A DNA stretch of 64,000 bases, from assembly GCA_944383315.1 (NCBI GenBank), contig CALWPB010000002.1, positions 17,144-81,143 on the forward strand, given 5' to 3'. Every line of letters begins with the position of its first letter. The stretch's first letter is position 1. Position numbers and translations under genes: made by a program. This stretch comes from an uncultured Clostridia bacterium (GTDB taxonomy: Bacteria > Bacillota > Clostridia > Christensenellales > UBA1242). Shown here in pieces: positions 49,092 to 59,067 of the stretch. The notes below the pieces were generated by a model. It worked only from the letters and a program-made list of their open reading frames with translations, made no database searches and was not told the origin of the DNA.

Positions 49092-49298
49092 ATGGCAGTA
49101 CCTAAATCAAAGACCTCTAAAGCAAAGAAACGTTCCAGAGCAGCGAATTGGAAGATTACTTCTCCTGCTATTGTAGAATGCCCACGTTGTCACGAGCCTA
49201 AACTTGCTCACCGTGTTTGCAAAAAATGTGGATATTATGATGGTAAACAAGTACTTGTTTTAGAGAAGAATAAGGAACAAGACAAAAAGAGTGCTTAA
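49092..49298 (+). CDS. rpmF: 50S ribosomal protein L32 (zinc-ribbon form)
   Basis: MAVPKSKTSKAKKRSR and CPRC..CKKCG. Confidence 0.95.
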   Translation: MAVPKSKTSKAKKRSRAANWKITSPAIVECPRCHEPKLAHRVCKKCGYYDGKQVLVLEKNKEQDKKSA

Positions 49299-49316
49299 TT
49301 TATAAGCACTTTTTCT
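49290..49316 (+). terminator. rpmF terminator 1
   Basis: agtgctta-attta-taagcact, which includes the stop codon, followed by tttt. Confidence 0.75.
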
Positions 49317-49346
49317 TTATTTTTACTATAGAAAGCACGAATTTTT

Positions 49347-49369
49347 AGGCAAATTTATTTGCCTTTTTT
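49347..49369 (+). terminator. rpmF terminator 2
   Basis: aggcaaa-ttta-tttgcct followed by T5. Confidence 0.8.
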
Positions 49370-49424
49370 AATATAAATATGTTACACTTAATATAACTTA
49401 TTTTTTATTTTTTTAGAGGTTATT

Positions 49425-50441
49425 ATGTTTAAAATATTATTAGATGCTTACGGGGCAGATGCAGGAGCGCAAGTTGTAATTGATACGGCTTTAGTAGCAC
49501 TTGATAAACATAAAAATATTATTCTTGAAATAGTTGGCAAACAGGACGAGTTAAAATCATTACTCCAAGGTAAACAATACGATACAGAGCGTTTGATTAT
49601 CACAAACGCAGATGAAGAAATTACTTGCAATGAAGCACCAGTTGAAGCCATTAGGGCAAAAAAGAATAGTTCGCTTGTGGTATGTATTGACAAGTTAAAA
49701 ACAGGTGAATATGCAGGAATGGTATCCGCTGGTAGTACAGGAGCAGTATTAAGTGGAGCGGTATTAAAACTTGGTAGACTTTCAGGGCTCTCACGTCCAG
49801 CACTTGCGCCAATGTTGCCAACAATTAAAGGTGGCAGGGTGCTACTTATAGACTGTGGTGCAAATATGGATTGCAAGCCAATTAATCTTTGCCATTTTGC
49901 GCTTATGGGTAGTGAATATATGCGCGTAATGCAAAATGTAAATCAGCCACGAGTTGCATTACTCAATGTCGGTACAGAAGCGGCAAAGGGTAATGAACTT
50001 AGCAAAGTGGCTTATCAGGAATTGCAGAAACTACCTATAAATTTTGTAGGCAATATTGAAGCCCGTGATACTTTAAACGGTGATTGCGATGTTATTGTTA
50101 CTGACGGTTTTTCGGGCAATGTGTTGCTTAAAAGTATTGAGGGCACAATTATCAACTTAATGAAAGTGATAAAGGCTGGTTTAAAATCGACTACAGCAGG
50201 TAAGATTGGCGGACTTTTTGCGAAGAAACCGCTTAAAAACGTCTTAAAAAGATACGATTATCAGGCTTATGGCGGTTCACCATTATTAGGAACTAAACAA
50301 ATAGTTGTAAAAGCGCACGGTTCAGCAAATATTGTAGGCTTGCTTGCAAGTATTGAACAGGTAAAGGACTATGCCGAACGTGATTTGTTGTCTAAAATCG
50401 GTAATACTTTGAGTGAAGTAAAAGTTGATACAGCCGAATAG
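49425..50441 (+). CDS. plsX: phosphate acyltransferase PlsX
   Basis: DAYGADAG.., SAGSTGA and DGFSGNVLLK motifs. Confidence 0.95.
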   Translation: MFKILLDAYGADAGAQVVIDTALVALDKHKNIILEIVGKQDELKSLLQGKQYDTERLIITNADEEITCNEAPVEAIRAKKNSSLVVCIDKLKTGEYAGMVSAGSTGAVLSGAVLKLGRLSGLSRPALAPMLPTIKGGRVLLIDCGANMDCKPINLCHFALMGSEYMRVMQNVNQPRVALLNVGTEAAKGNELSKVAYQELQKLPINFVGNIEARDTLNGDCDVIVTDGFSGNVLLKSIEGTIINLMKVIKAGLKSTTAGKIGGLFAKKPLKNVLKRYDYQAYGGSPLLGTKQIVVKAHGSANIVGLLASIEQVKDYAERDLLSKIGNTLSEVKVDTAE

Positions 50442-50465
50442 TGTACTAAAAAAGGGAGAAAAATT

Positions 50466-53400
50466 TTGAGTTTTAAGAGAATAGAGGTTTTGGGGTTTAA
50501 GTCATTCGCTGATAAACTCGCTGTTGAATTTAGTAGCGGAATTACTGCAATCGTAGGTCCAAACGGTTGCGGTAAGTCCAATTTTGCTGATGCTATTCGT
50601 TGGGTTTTGGGTGAGCAATCATCAAAAAACTTGCGCGGTAGTTGTATGCAAGATGTTATTTTTAAGGGTTCAGAAAATCGCAAAAGTTTGTCTTTTTGTG
50701 AGGTTTCTTTAATATTTACAAATGAAAATCATCAGTTTAATGTGGATTATGACGAAGTAGTCATTTCTCGTAAATTGTATAGGTCTGGGACAAGTGAATA
50801 TAGTCTTAATCATTCACCTTGTTTATTAAAGGATATCAAAAATATTTTGCACGATAGTGGTATTGGTGGCGATGGTTATTCAATTATAGGACAAGGTAAA
50901 GTTGAGCAAATTGTTGCAAGTAAGCCCGAAGATAGACGTGTTATTTTTGAAGAAGCAGCAGGCATTGCTAAGTTTAAAGAGCGTAAAATTGAGGCAGAAC
51001 GCAAACTTACACGTACTCGTGAGAATCTAACTTTGCTTGAAAATACGGTAATAGAAATCGAAAGACAATTAAACCCGATGAAAGAGCAGGCAGAAAAGGC
51101 TAAAAAATATCTTGATTTGCGCGATCAATTAAAATATCAAGAGGTAAATAATTATATTTATCATTATGAAAACGCAAATTCAAACAAGCAACGTATAAAT
51201 GACTTGCTTGACGGCTTGCGTGAACAGTCAGCGGACAAGGAAAAACAAGTTCAGGCAACAATAGACAAGCAAAACCAGTCATTAGAAGGCATAAAAGCCA
51301 TTGATGAGCAAATCCAATCACTTCGTGATGAAATTTTGAAATTGACTGTAAATCTTGAAAAAACTGCGGGCGACCGCCGTGTAGCGCAAGCAAAGTTGGA
51401 GTATTTACAAGAGCAGTCTGTTAAAATTCAAAATGAGATTGAGCAGGACAAAATAGAATTTGTTAGAATTAATGATGAGTTACAGGCAAAGCAGACCGAG
51501 AAATCAGAGAATAATGAACGTTTAAATGCGATGCGTGCTAAATTAGACGAGTTGGAACAAATTTATGCAGGTGTTGCAGAGCAGTTGAGAGTGAGTGAAC
51601 AGGCGGTTAGTGGCTCACAGCAAGAAATGCAAGACGCAATTTCAAAATTAAGTGATATTAAGGCAAATATTTCGCGTCTGGAAACAGAAATTCAAGCGAT
51701 TGCCGAACGTGAAAATGAATTAAATCAGCGACTTGCTTCAGTTGAGAGTAAGCGAGATGGCGCAAAAGTTATTGAGCATCAAGCGCAGGACGATTGTGAA
51801 GTTGCCGAAGCAAATAGGCGTAATGCGTGGGATAACCTAACAGCATTAAGAGAAAATGTTTCAAATGTTGAGCAAGGCGAAGCAGATTTGCGAGCAAGTT
51901 TGGATATTTCAAGTGCTGAACTGGCAAAACTAGAATCTCGCGCAAAATTACTTAACGAAATGCAGGCAGAGTATGAAGGCTATAACGGTACTGTACGTAG
52001 ATTATTGCTTGATGCATCAAAAAATATTGAGTTGCAAAAGTTGCTTATAGGTGTAGTAGGTGAGTTGATAACAGTGCCAACTCAACTTGAAACAGCGATT
52101 GAAATGGCATTAGGTTTTGCAGTGCAAAGTATAGTTACACGTGATGAACAAGACGCAAAACGTTTGGTTAATTACTTAAAATCGCGTAATTACGGGCGTG
52201 CAACTTTCTTGCCTATAACGTCTATGAAACCAAAATACATAAACGAACAATATCGTTCGCTACTTAATACTGCTGGCTGCTACGGTGTTGCGAATGAGTT
52301 GATTCAGTATGATATGAATTTGGAGCCAGTTTTCAAAAACTTGCTCGGTAATACTGTAATTGTTGACACTATGGATACGGCAGTCAGCCTTGCGAATAGG
52401 TCGCATTTTGGCTTTAAAATTGTTACGCTTGATGGCGATGTGATTAATCCAGCGGGTTCAATTACTGGTGGTAGTAAAAAGGCTGAAATAAACAACCTAT
52501 TATCTCGTGAGCGCGAAATTGAAACTATTGCAGAAAAGATAAAATCTCAGCGCAGCAAAGTTGACGAACAGAAGAATACTCTTGCTGTTTATGGCGAAAT
52601 GCTTACTAAACTGGCAAAAGAAATTGATGCTCAGGCTAATATGCTTCACGACTATGATGTCGAGTTAGCGCAGAAAGAAGAAGTATTAAAGCACGCACAA
52701 GAAGATAGTGAATTGTATTCTGGTGAACTTGATGAGATTAATCAAGAATTATCTCGTTTGACAACTCGCCGTGAAATTTTGGAGCAAGAACTGAATACTA
52801 CCAAAGCAATGGATGCAGGTGAAATACCTCAGGCAAAAGGTGGAAGTGGTAATAATCAGTATGACATATTGCGTGAAAAGAGAGATAATCTCACAAATCA
52901 AATTACAGATTTAAAAGTACAAATTGCTACACTTACAACAGAAATTGGCTCTATTGATAATGAGATTGAAAGATTGCTTACAGAACAAGAAGAGTTAAGC
53001 GCAAATATTGATGAGAATAACTCATTATTGGTTAAAAATTCACGCACTATTGAAACCGCAAAAGAACTTGACGCGGGCGCTCAAAATGGAGACGATGCGG
53101 ATACTGTTAGCAAATTAGATGCCGTGAAAACAAAAGTTGCCGAAATGGAAGAATTAAAGCAAGATTTACACGCAAGCCTTGCAACAATTGAGGAAGAACG
53201 TACCCGCGTTACAAATGAGTATGCAAAAATTCAAGAGCGAATTTATCAAGAAGAAGCGCGCCTTGCACAAATTGATACTAATATTGAGAATATGCAAGAC
53301 CGTATTTTAGAAGATTATGAACTTACATATCTTACTGCGCTTGATATTAAGGATGAAAACTTTGATGCTGAAGGCGCACAAACTCGCATTAATGAATTGA

Positions 53401-54032
53401 AACGCGAAATAGGCAAACTAGGACACGTCAACGTAAACGCGATTGAAGACAGCAAAGATTTAGATGCAAGGTATACAGATTTATCAACGCAACTTGACGA
53501 CCTCAAAAAAGCGGAAGAAGATATAATGACAGTTATCAACGAGTTGAGCGCTCAAATGACTGAACAGTTTGACGACAAGTTCCAGAAGATTAATGAGAAT
53601 TTTTCTCGTATATTTAGAGAATTGTTCGGTGGTGGTAAGGCTCGACTTGTATTGACTGATGACGATGTGTTGACCGCTGGTGTCGACATTATTGCAGAAC
53701 CACCAGGGAAGGCGCTCGGCAACCTGAACCTATTGAGTGGTGGTGAAAAATCATTAACAGCAATAGCAATATTGTTTGCAATTTTGAAACTTCGCCCAAT
53801 GCCATTCTGTTTACTTGACGAAATTGACGCAGCATTAGACGATGCAAATGTTGAACGTTTTGCGAAATATCTGCACCGCTTTGCTGGTGAAACTCAATTT
53901 ATCGTTATTACTCACCGTAAGCCAACTATGGAACTCGCAGACAACCTGTACGGTGTAACAATGGAACAGAAAGGTGTAAGTAAGGTTGTATCTGTTAAGT
54001 TAAGCGAAGCAATACAGACCGCAACATCGTAG
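50466..54032 (+). CDS. smc: chromosome segregation protein SMC
   Basis: Walker A GPNGCGKSN, a long coiled coil, a hinge, the signature LSGGEKSLTA and Walker B LLDEIDAALD. TTG start 7 nt after gggag. Confidence 0.97.
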   Translation: MSFKRIEVLGFKSFADKLAVEFSSGITAIVGPNGCGKSNFADAIRWVLGEQSSKNLRGSCMQDVIFKGSENRKSLSFCEVSLIFTNENHQFNVDYDEVVISRKLYRSGTSEYSLNHSPCLLKDIKNILHDSGIGGDGYSIIGQGKVEQIVASKPEDRRVIFEEAAGIAKFKERKIEAERKLTRTRENLTLLENTVIEIERQLNPMKEQAEKAKKYLDLRDQLKYQEVNNYIYHYENANSNKQRINDLLDGLREQSADKEKQVQATIDKQNQSLEGIKAIDEQIQSLRDEILKLTVNLEKTAGDRRVAQAKLEYLQEQSVKIQNEIEQDKIEFVRINDELQAKQTEKSENNERLNAMRAKLDELEQIYAGVAEQLRVSEQAVSGSQQEMQDAISKLSDIKANISRLETEIQAIAERENELNQRLASVESKRDGAKVIEHQAQDDCEVAEANRRNAWDNLTALRENVSNVEQGEADLRASLDISSAELAKLESRAKLLNEMQAEYEGYNGTVRRLLLDASKNIELQKLLIGVVGELITVPTQLETAIEMALGFAVQSIVTRDEQDAKRLVNYLKSRNYGRATFLPITSMKPKYINEQYRSLLNTAGCYGVANELIQYDMNLEPVFKNLLGNTVIVDTMDTAVSLANRSHFGFKIVTLDGDVINPAGSITGGSKKAEINNLLSREREIETIAEKIKSQRSKVDEQKNTLAVYGEMLTKLAKEIDAQANMLHDYDVELAQKEEVLKHAQEDSELYSGELDEINQELSRLTTRREILEQELNTTKAMDAGEIPQAKGGSGNNQYDILREKRDNLTNQITDLKVQIATLTTEIGSIDNEIERLLTEQEELSANIDENNSLLVKNSRTIETAKELDAGAQNGDDADTVSKLDAVKTKVAEMEELKQDLHASLATIEEERTRVTNEYAKIQERIYQEEARLAQIDTNIENMQDRILEDYELTYLTALDIKDENFDAEGAQTRINELKREIGKLGHVNVNAIEDSKDLDARYTDLSTQLDDLKKAEEDIMTVINELSAQMTEQFDDKFQKINENFSRIFRELFGGGKARLVLTDDDVLTAGVDIIAEPPGKALGNLNLLSGGEKSLTAIAILFAILKLRPMPFCLLDEIDAALDDANVERFAKYLHRFAGETQFIVITHRKPTMELADNLYGVTMEQKGVSKVVSVKLSEAIQTATS

Positions 54033-54387
54033 GTTGTCAAGAGTTCCATTGCCAGCCGTACAGTAAATGTAGTAGTAGAAAGACAAAGTAACAAACGGCT
54101 GTCAATTTTTCGCAGACAACCTGTACGGTGTAACAATGGAACAGAAAGGTGTAAGTAAGGTTGTATTTGTTAAGTTAAGCGAAGCAATACAGACCGCAAC
54201 ATCGTAGGTTGTCAAGAGTTCCATTGCCAGCCGTACAGTAAATGTAGTAGTAGAAAGACAAAGTAACAAACGGCTGTCAATTTTTCGCAGACAACCTGTA
54301 CGGTGTAACAATGGAACAGAAGGGTGTAAGTAAAGTTGTGTCGGTTAAGTTGAGTGAAGCAATACAGACTGCAACATCGTAGGTTGT
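53935..54387 (+). repeat. 175-bp tandem repeat, 2.6 copies (98-nt smc 3' tail + 77 nt)
   Basis: Copy 1 is 53935-54109. Copy 2 is 54110-54284 (1 mismatch). Partial copy 3 is 54285-54387 (7 mismatches, all at smc-frame third positions). Confidence 0.95.
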
Positions 54388-54459
54388 ATTTTAAAAATTT
54401 TGAATTTTGAATTAGGAATTTAGTATTAAGGGGAAATAATATTTCTAGGTAGGCAAACT

Positions 54460-55356
54460 ATGGGTTTTTTCAATAAAATTAAAGAAGCATTTAAAAAGAC
54501 TAAAACATCAATAGACAACAAATTAATGTCTATAATGTCGCACGGCGAACTTGATGACGAATTTTTTGACGAGTTGACGGATATTTTAATTTCGTCAGAT
54601 TTGGGAGTAGAATGTTCGGAAGAAATTGTGGAACGTCTGCGCGCAGAAGCCAAAAAGACAAAGTTACGTAACCAAGACGACGTAAAACAAGCATTGCGCG
54701 AAATAATGCAGGACATTTTGGAACAAAATGAATTGCCAGAAATTACATATCCGCTTGTGCTTATGATTGTTGGGGTAAATGGAGTAGGCAAAACTACAAC
54801 TATCGGCAAACTTGCTAATTTTTATAAGAATAAAGGCAAGTCAGTATTGCTCGTTGCTGGGGATACTTTTAGAGCCGCTGCAAGTGAACAACTAGCGATT
54901 TGGGCAAATAAAAATAGTGTAAAAATCGTACGTAATGATGACGGTGCAGACCCTGCAAGTGTTGTTTTTGACGGTATATCTAGCGCAAAAGCGAAAGGAA
55001 CAGACGTAGTTATTATTGATACTGCGGGCAGATTGCATAACAAAGCAAACCTTATGGAAGAATTGAAAAAAGTTTCCAAGGTTGTTACAAATAATTGGGG
55101 TGAGGCTTGTTATCAAAAACTGTTAGTTCTTGATGCTACAACAGGACAAAATGCATTGAGTCAAGTAGAATATTTTGACGAAGCAATAGAACTTGACGGC
55201 TTGATTGTTACCAAATTAGACGGTACTGCAAAAGGTGGAGTAATTCTAGGAATAGCACAAGAGTACAATACTCCCGTTATGTTTATTGGTACGGGTGAGA
55301 AGATAGACGATATAGACGAGTTTGACGCAAAAGAATTTGTTGAAGCAATTATTTAG
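54460..55356 (+). CDS. ftsY: signal recognition particle receptor FtsY
   Basis: NG domain with GVNGVGKTTTIGKLA, DTAGR and TKLDGTAKGG. Follows smc, as in Bacillus. Confidence 0.95.
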   Translation: MGFFNKIKEAFKKTKTSIDNKLMSIMSHGELDDEFFDELTDILISSDLGVECSEEIVERLRAEAKKTKLRNQDDVKQALREIMQDILEQNELPEITYPLVLMIVGVNGVGKTTTIGKLANFYKNKGKSVLLVAGDTFRAAASEQLAIWANKNSVKIVRNDDGADPASVVFDGISSAKAKGTDVVIIDTAGRLHNKANLMEELKKVSKVVTNNWGEACYQKLLVLDATTGQNALSQVEYFDEAIELDGLIVTKLDGTAKGGVILGIAQEYNTPVMFIGTGEKIDDIDEFDAKEFVEAII

Positions 55357-55363
55357 ACATCCT

Positions 55364-55412
55364 AAAAACAACCACGAAGAAAGTAATATAACTTTTAATT
55401 ATGGTTGTTTTT
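55364..55412 (+). terminator. probable ftsY terminator (large loop)
   Basis: aaaacaacca pairs with tggttgtttt across a 27-nt loop. Confidence 0.5.
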
Positions 55413-55527
55413 AATTTTCCTATATTAGTAAAAAATATATAGTGAAATATACTCAAATATCTAAATGTGAGTGAAAGTGTCGTTCTTTTTTAATAAATGT
55501 ATGATATAATGCTTGCGGAGGTGGAAA

Positions 55528-56028
55528 ATGAAATTTAGTGATAAGTTAAAAAAATTAAGAAAGGAAAATAATCTTACGCAAGACGAATTGGCAGATAAAT
55601 TGTTTGTTACAAGGACTGCTGTTTCTAAATGGGAAACTGATAATGGATATCCAAGCATAGAGAGTTTGAAATTGCTTTCAAATCTTTTTCATACAACTAT
55701 TGACGAACTCATTAGCGATGAAGACATTGAAAATAAAAAACATTTGGAAGATAAAATTGCTAAAAATTTCTATTGGGGAGTACTGGCAAGTTTCTTAATT
55801 GCGTTAGGTTTTGCTATCGCAACGTGGATTACGGATATCCCTTATTTTATAATAGGTAGTTTTATAGGAGTGCTTGCATACTGGGTATTTGCATATTTTA
55901 CAGTTCCTAGATATAAGAGAATAGAAGCCCGCAAAAATGGTAGTTTTACAAAATTCTTAATTATTAGATTAGCAATTTTAGCATTTTTGATTGTAATTAT
56001 TATTTTAACAGCGATTCAAACTTTTTAG
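55528..56028 (+). CDS. XRE-family HTH protein with C-terminal transmembrane segments
   Basis: LKKLRKENNLTQDELADKLFVTRTAVSKWE is a Cro/C1 HTH, followed by three hydrophobic segments. The ATG at 55528 follows ggaggtgg. Confidence 0.8.
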   Translation: MKFSDKLKKLRKENNLTQDELADKLFVTRTAVSKWETDNGYPSIESLKLLSNLFHTTIDELISDEDIENKKHLEDKIAKNFYWGVLASFLIALGFAIATWITDIPYFIIGSFIGVLAYWVFAYFTVPRYKRIEARKNGSFTKFLIIRLAILAFLIVIIILTAIQTF

Positions 56029-56084
56029 TTTAAAAAATGTTAAAATTTAAATTTTATTATGCTTAAACATTTATTATTTAATAT

Positions 56085-56114
56085 AAAAAACACGGAGTAT
56101 TATCCGTGTTTTTA
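56085..56114. terminator. bidirectional terminator
   Basis: acacgga-gtatta-tccgtgt flanked by A6 and T4. Confidence 0.85.
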
Positions 56115-56861
56115 TATACTAGGCTCAAAGTCTTGAAATATAATATTGTCTACATATTTTACGATTTCTAGATATTGAGTTTGAGATTTGACTGTCCAGC
56201 CTAAAATGGGTAGACCTTTACATTTGTGTGCTTTCACAAATCTACTAGGTAAGTCAAGCACGTTATAAGCAATAAATTGCGGCTGTGCACGTTTATTAAA
56301 CCACATTTTACGTAAAGCAAGCCTTTTTATCCAAGATTTTGGGCGGTCAGTCATATTTTTAGCAAATTTTGCACTAAGTAGTCCGCGAATTACTTCAGGA
56401 GCATTGTTTTTAAACCATTCAATACTGAAAGGGTTAAAAGATTGTACAGCATATTCGCCACTGTAATTTTTTAAAACTTCGTATATTTTTGCTTCATCAG
56501 CGCCGACTTTTACATTTTCAGATTTGATTTCCACTAAAATTGGAGTACGTCCATTTACAAAATCAAGTACTTCCTGAAAAGTTGGAATGGTGTACTCTGT
56601 ACCAGCCAACTTGTAGTTTTTTAGGTCGTCTGCTTTTAAATTTTTTAAATAACCGTCTTGTCCTGTCATACGTCCAAGTTTGCTATCGTGGAACACAACC
56701 ACAGTACCATCCGAAATTACGTGAACATCTAATTCAATAGCATATCCTTTTTCTATAGCTTTCTCAAAGGCAGGAAGAGAATTTTCTGGTATATCTTCGT
56801 TATTAAAAAACCCCCTGTGCGCTATAAATTTTTCAACCAACCAAGATTTGAATATTTCCAT
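56112..56861 (-). CDS. glycerophosphodiester phosphodiesterase family protein
   Basis: HRGF..ENSLPAFEKA..ELDVHV..VVFHD is the GDPD signature. Confidence 0.9.
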   Translation of the reverse strand: MEIFKSWLVEKFIAHRGFFNNEDIPENSLPAFEKAIEKGYAIELDVHVISDGTVVVFHDSKLGRMTGQDGYLKNLKADDLKNYKLAGTEYTIPTFQEVLDFVNGRTPILVEIKSENVKVGADEAKIYEVLKNYSGEYAVQSFNPFSIEWFKNNAPEVIRGLLSAKFAKNMTDRPKSWIKRLALRKMWFNKRAQPQFIAYNVLDLPSRFVKAHKCKGLPILGWTVKSQTQYLEIVKYVDNIIFQDFEPSI

Positions 56862-57147
56862 ACACTTTCCTCTACTTTTTTACAGTATAACAAAATGCGA
56901 CAAAATTATCTACTAATTTTTTATATTTTATGCAAAATTAAAAGGAAAATGACGAATTTAGACAAGAAAATCGCATTTTTTTACATTTATATATCACTTT
57001 TGATTGTTAAATAAGTATTAAAAGTCTTGAACAAAAAAAATAAAGAGTAAACCAACAATAAAAATATATTGCATTATTTAGTTACTTTTTGTATAATAAG
57101 ATGATTATTTTAAATTGTTAAATTCAACAAATTTAGGAGTAACATAA

Positions 57148-58947
57148 ATGGACGACAGACAGAAGTATATTCGTAATTTTTGTATAGTTGCACATATAGA
57201 CCACGGCAAAAGCACATTAGCAGACCGTTTGCTAGAAGAAACAGGCACTGTTGCAAAACGTGATTTACAAGAGCAACTGCTTGACAGTATGGATTTGGAA
57301 CGTGAACGTGGCATAACTATTAAACTCACACCAACCCGTATGAAATATACTTACGAAGGACACGAATATATATTAAATCTTATTGATACCCCAGGGCACG
57401 TAGACTTTACTTACGAAGTTAGCCGTTCTCTTGCTGCTTGTGAAGGGGCTATTTTGATAGTTGATGCAGGGCAGGGAGTAGAGGCTCAAACACTTGCAAA
57501 TGTTCATCTTGCGCTTGATAATAGACTTGAGATTTTACCTGTAATCAATAAAATAGATTTGCCAAGTGCAGAACCTGAAAAAGTTAAGCACGAAATTGAG
57601 GAAGTAATTGGGATTCCTGCTATGCACGCACCCTGCATTTCTGCAAAAGAAGGGACGAATATTAAAGATGTGCTTGAAGGAATTATAAAAGAATTCCCAG
57701 CCCCAAGGGGTAATGAAGATGCTCCTATGAAATGTTTGGTATTTGATAGTTATTATGATAATTTTAAGGGCGCAATTTGTCTTGTTCGTGTGTTTGACGG
57801 AAATGTCAAAAAAGGCGATAAAATCAAATTTATGCAGACAAATAATGAGTTTGAAGTAACCGAAGTAGGTTATTTTACTCCAAAGCCAGTTGAAAGTGAA
57901 ATTTTAAGAGCAGGTGAAGTAGGATATATTGCTGCAAGCATCAAGAAAGTCAGTGAAGCCCGTGTCGGCGATACTATTACAAGTGCTACTAATCCCGCCA
58001 GCGAAGCATTACCGGGATACAAGCAAGTAAAACCAGTTGTATTTAGTGGTATTTTCCCTGTTGATGGTAGTAAATATGGTGAACTTAAAGATGCGCTTGA
58101 AAAACTCAAACTAAATGATAGCGCGCTTGAATATTCTCCTGAAACTTCGGTTGCACTCGGCTTTGGTTTCCGTTGCGGTTTTTTAGGGCTTTTGCATATG
58201 GAAATTATTCAAGAAAGGCTAGAGCGTGAGTTTAATCTTGATATTATTACAACAGCACCAGGGGTAAGTTATCACATATACAAGACAAACGGAGAAATGC
58301 TTGAAGTTAGTAACCCAAGCAATTTGCCAGAAGCAAGTCTAATTGAAAGAATGGAAGAACCCTATGTAAATATGCACATTTTTACACCGCCCGAATATAT
58401 GGGGGCAATTATGGAACTCTGTACTGACCGTCGTGGTGAAAATACAGATGTTGTGTACCTAGATGAAAAACGCGTGCGCCTTGACTATTCAATTCCACTA
58501 AATGAGATAATTTACGACTTTTTTGATAGTCTAAAAAGCCGTACGCGTGGTTATGCGAGTCTTGACTATGAATTAAGCGAGTATAAGCCAAGCAAACTTG
58601 TTAAACTTGATATTTTGCTAAAAGGTGAAATTTGTGATGCTTTAAGCCTTATTGTTCACCAAGATAAAGCCTATGAGCGCGGCAGAATAATGGCTGAAAA
58701 ACTGAAAGAAGTAATACCAAGGCAAATGTTTGAAGTGCCTATTCAAGCAGCAATAGGCGGCAAAATTATTGCCCGTGAAACTGTAAAAGCATTTCGCAAA
58801 GATGTACTTGCAAAGTGTTATGGTGGTGATGTAACTAGAAAGCGTAAACTTCTAGAAAAGCAGAAAGAAGGTAAAAAGAAAATGCGCAATATTGGTTCTG
58901 TTGAAGTACCAAGTGATGCATTTATCAGTATTTTAAAAATAGACTAG
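57148..58947 (+). CDS. lepA: translation elongation factor 4 (LepA)
   Basis: [29 protein letters not shown] and NKID motifs, plus the LepA-specific C-terminal domain. Confidence 0.98.
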   Translation: MDDRQKYIRNFCIVAHIDHGKSTLADRLLEETGTVAKRDLQEQLLDSMDLERERGITIKLTPTRMKYTYEGHEYILNLIDTPGHVDFTYEVSRSLAACEGAILIVDAGQGVEAQTLANVHLALDNRLEILPVINKIDLPSAEPEKVKHEIEEVIGIPAMHAPCISAKEGTNIKDVLEGIIKEFPAPRGNEDAPMKCLVFDSYYDNFKGAICLVRVFDGNVKKGDKIKFMQTNNEFEVTEVGYFTPKPVESEILRAGEVGYIAASIKKVSEARVGDTITSATNPASEALPGYKQVKPVVFSGIFPVDGSKYGELKDALEKLKLNDSALEYSPETSVALGFGFRCGFLGLLHMEIIQERLEREFNLDIITTAPGVSYHIYKTNGEMLEVSNPSNLPEASLIERMEEPYVNMHIFTPPEYMGAIMELCTDRRGENTDVVYLDEKRVRLDYSIPLNEIIYDFFDSLKSRTRGYASLDYELSEYKPSKLVKLDILLKGEICDALSLIVHQDKAYERGRIMAEKLKEVIPRQMFEVPIQAAIGGKIIARETVKAFRKDVLAKCYGGDVTRKRKLLEKQKEGKKKMRNIGSVEVPSDAFISILKID

Positions 58948-59067
58948 GGGTGATTATGGTAACAATACAAGTACTAAAAAATGCTAGACAAGTTTTAGAT
59001 AATAAAAACACTATAAATAAAGAACAATTTTTATCTAAATAAAATTGAATTTACAAAAGGAATTTAA

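Noticed and set aside
53912-54311. Two minus-strand ORFs (53912..54136 and 54102..54311) encode nearly identical 74/69-aa peptides (MLHRTGCLRKIDSRLLLCL...).
   Set aside because: They are identical only because each spans one 175-bp repeat unit antisense to the smc tail. They start at TTG with no RBS and have a Leu/Thr/Cys-rich, low-information composition. I treat them as by-products of the repeat, not genes.
53935-54387. A diversity-generating retroelement (TR/VR pair at a gene 3' end) or a CRISPR-like array as the explanation for the smc-tail repeats.
   Set aside because: The differences between copies are not adenine-specific: they are A/G, G/A, A/G, T/G, A/G, C/T and C/T, all synonymous. 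No reverse transcriptase or cas gene lies in the window. The 'spacers' between repeats are identical to each other, and the 98-nt repeats are far longer than CRISPR repeats.
58956-59042. A 28-aa ORF (MVTIQVLKNARQVLDNKNTINKEQFLSK) with an aggggtg RBS-like sequence between lepA and hemW.
   Set aside because: It is too short, of low complexity and very AT-rich, with no supporting evidence beyond a possible RBS. It could equally be chance within an intergenic spacer.
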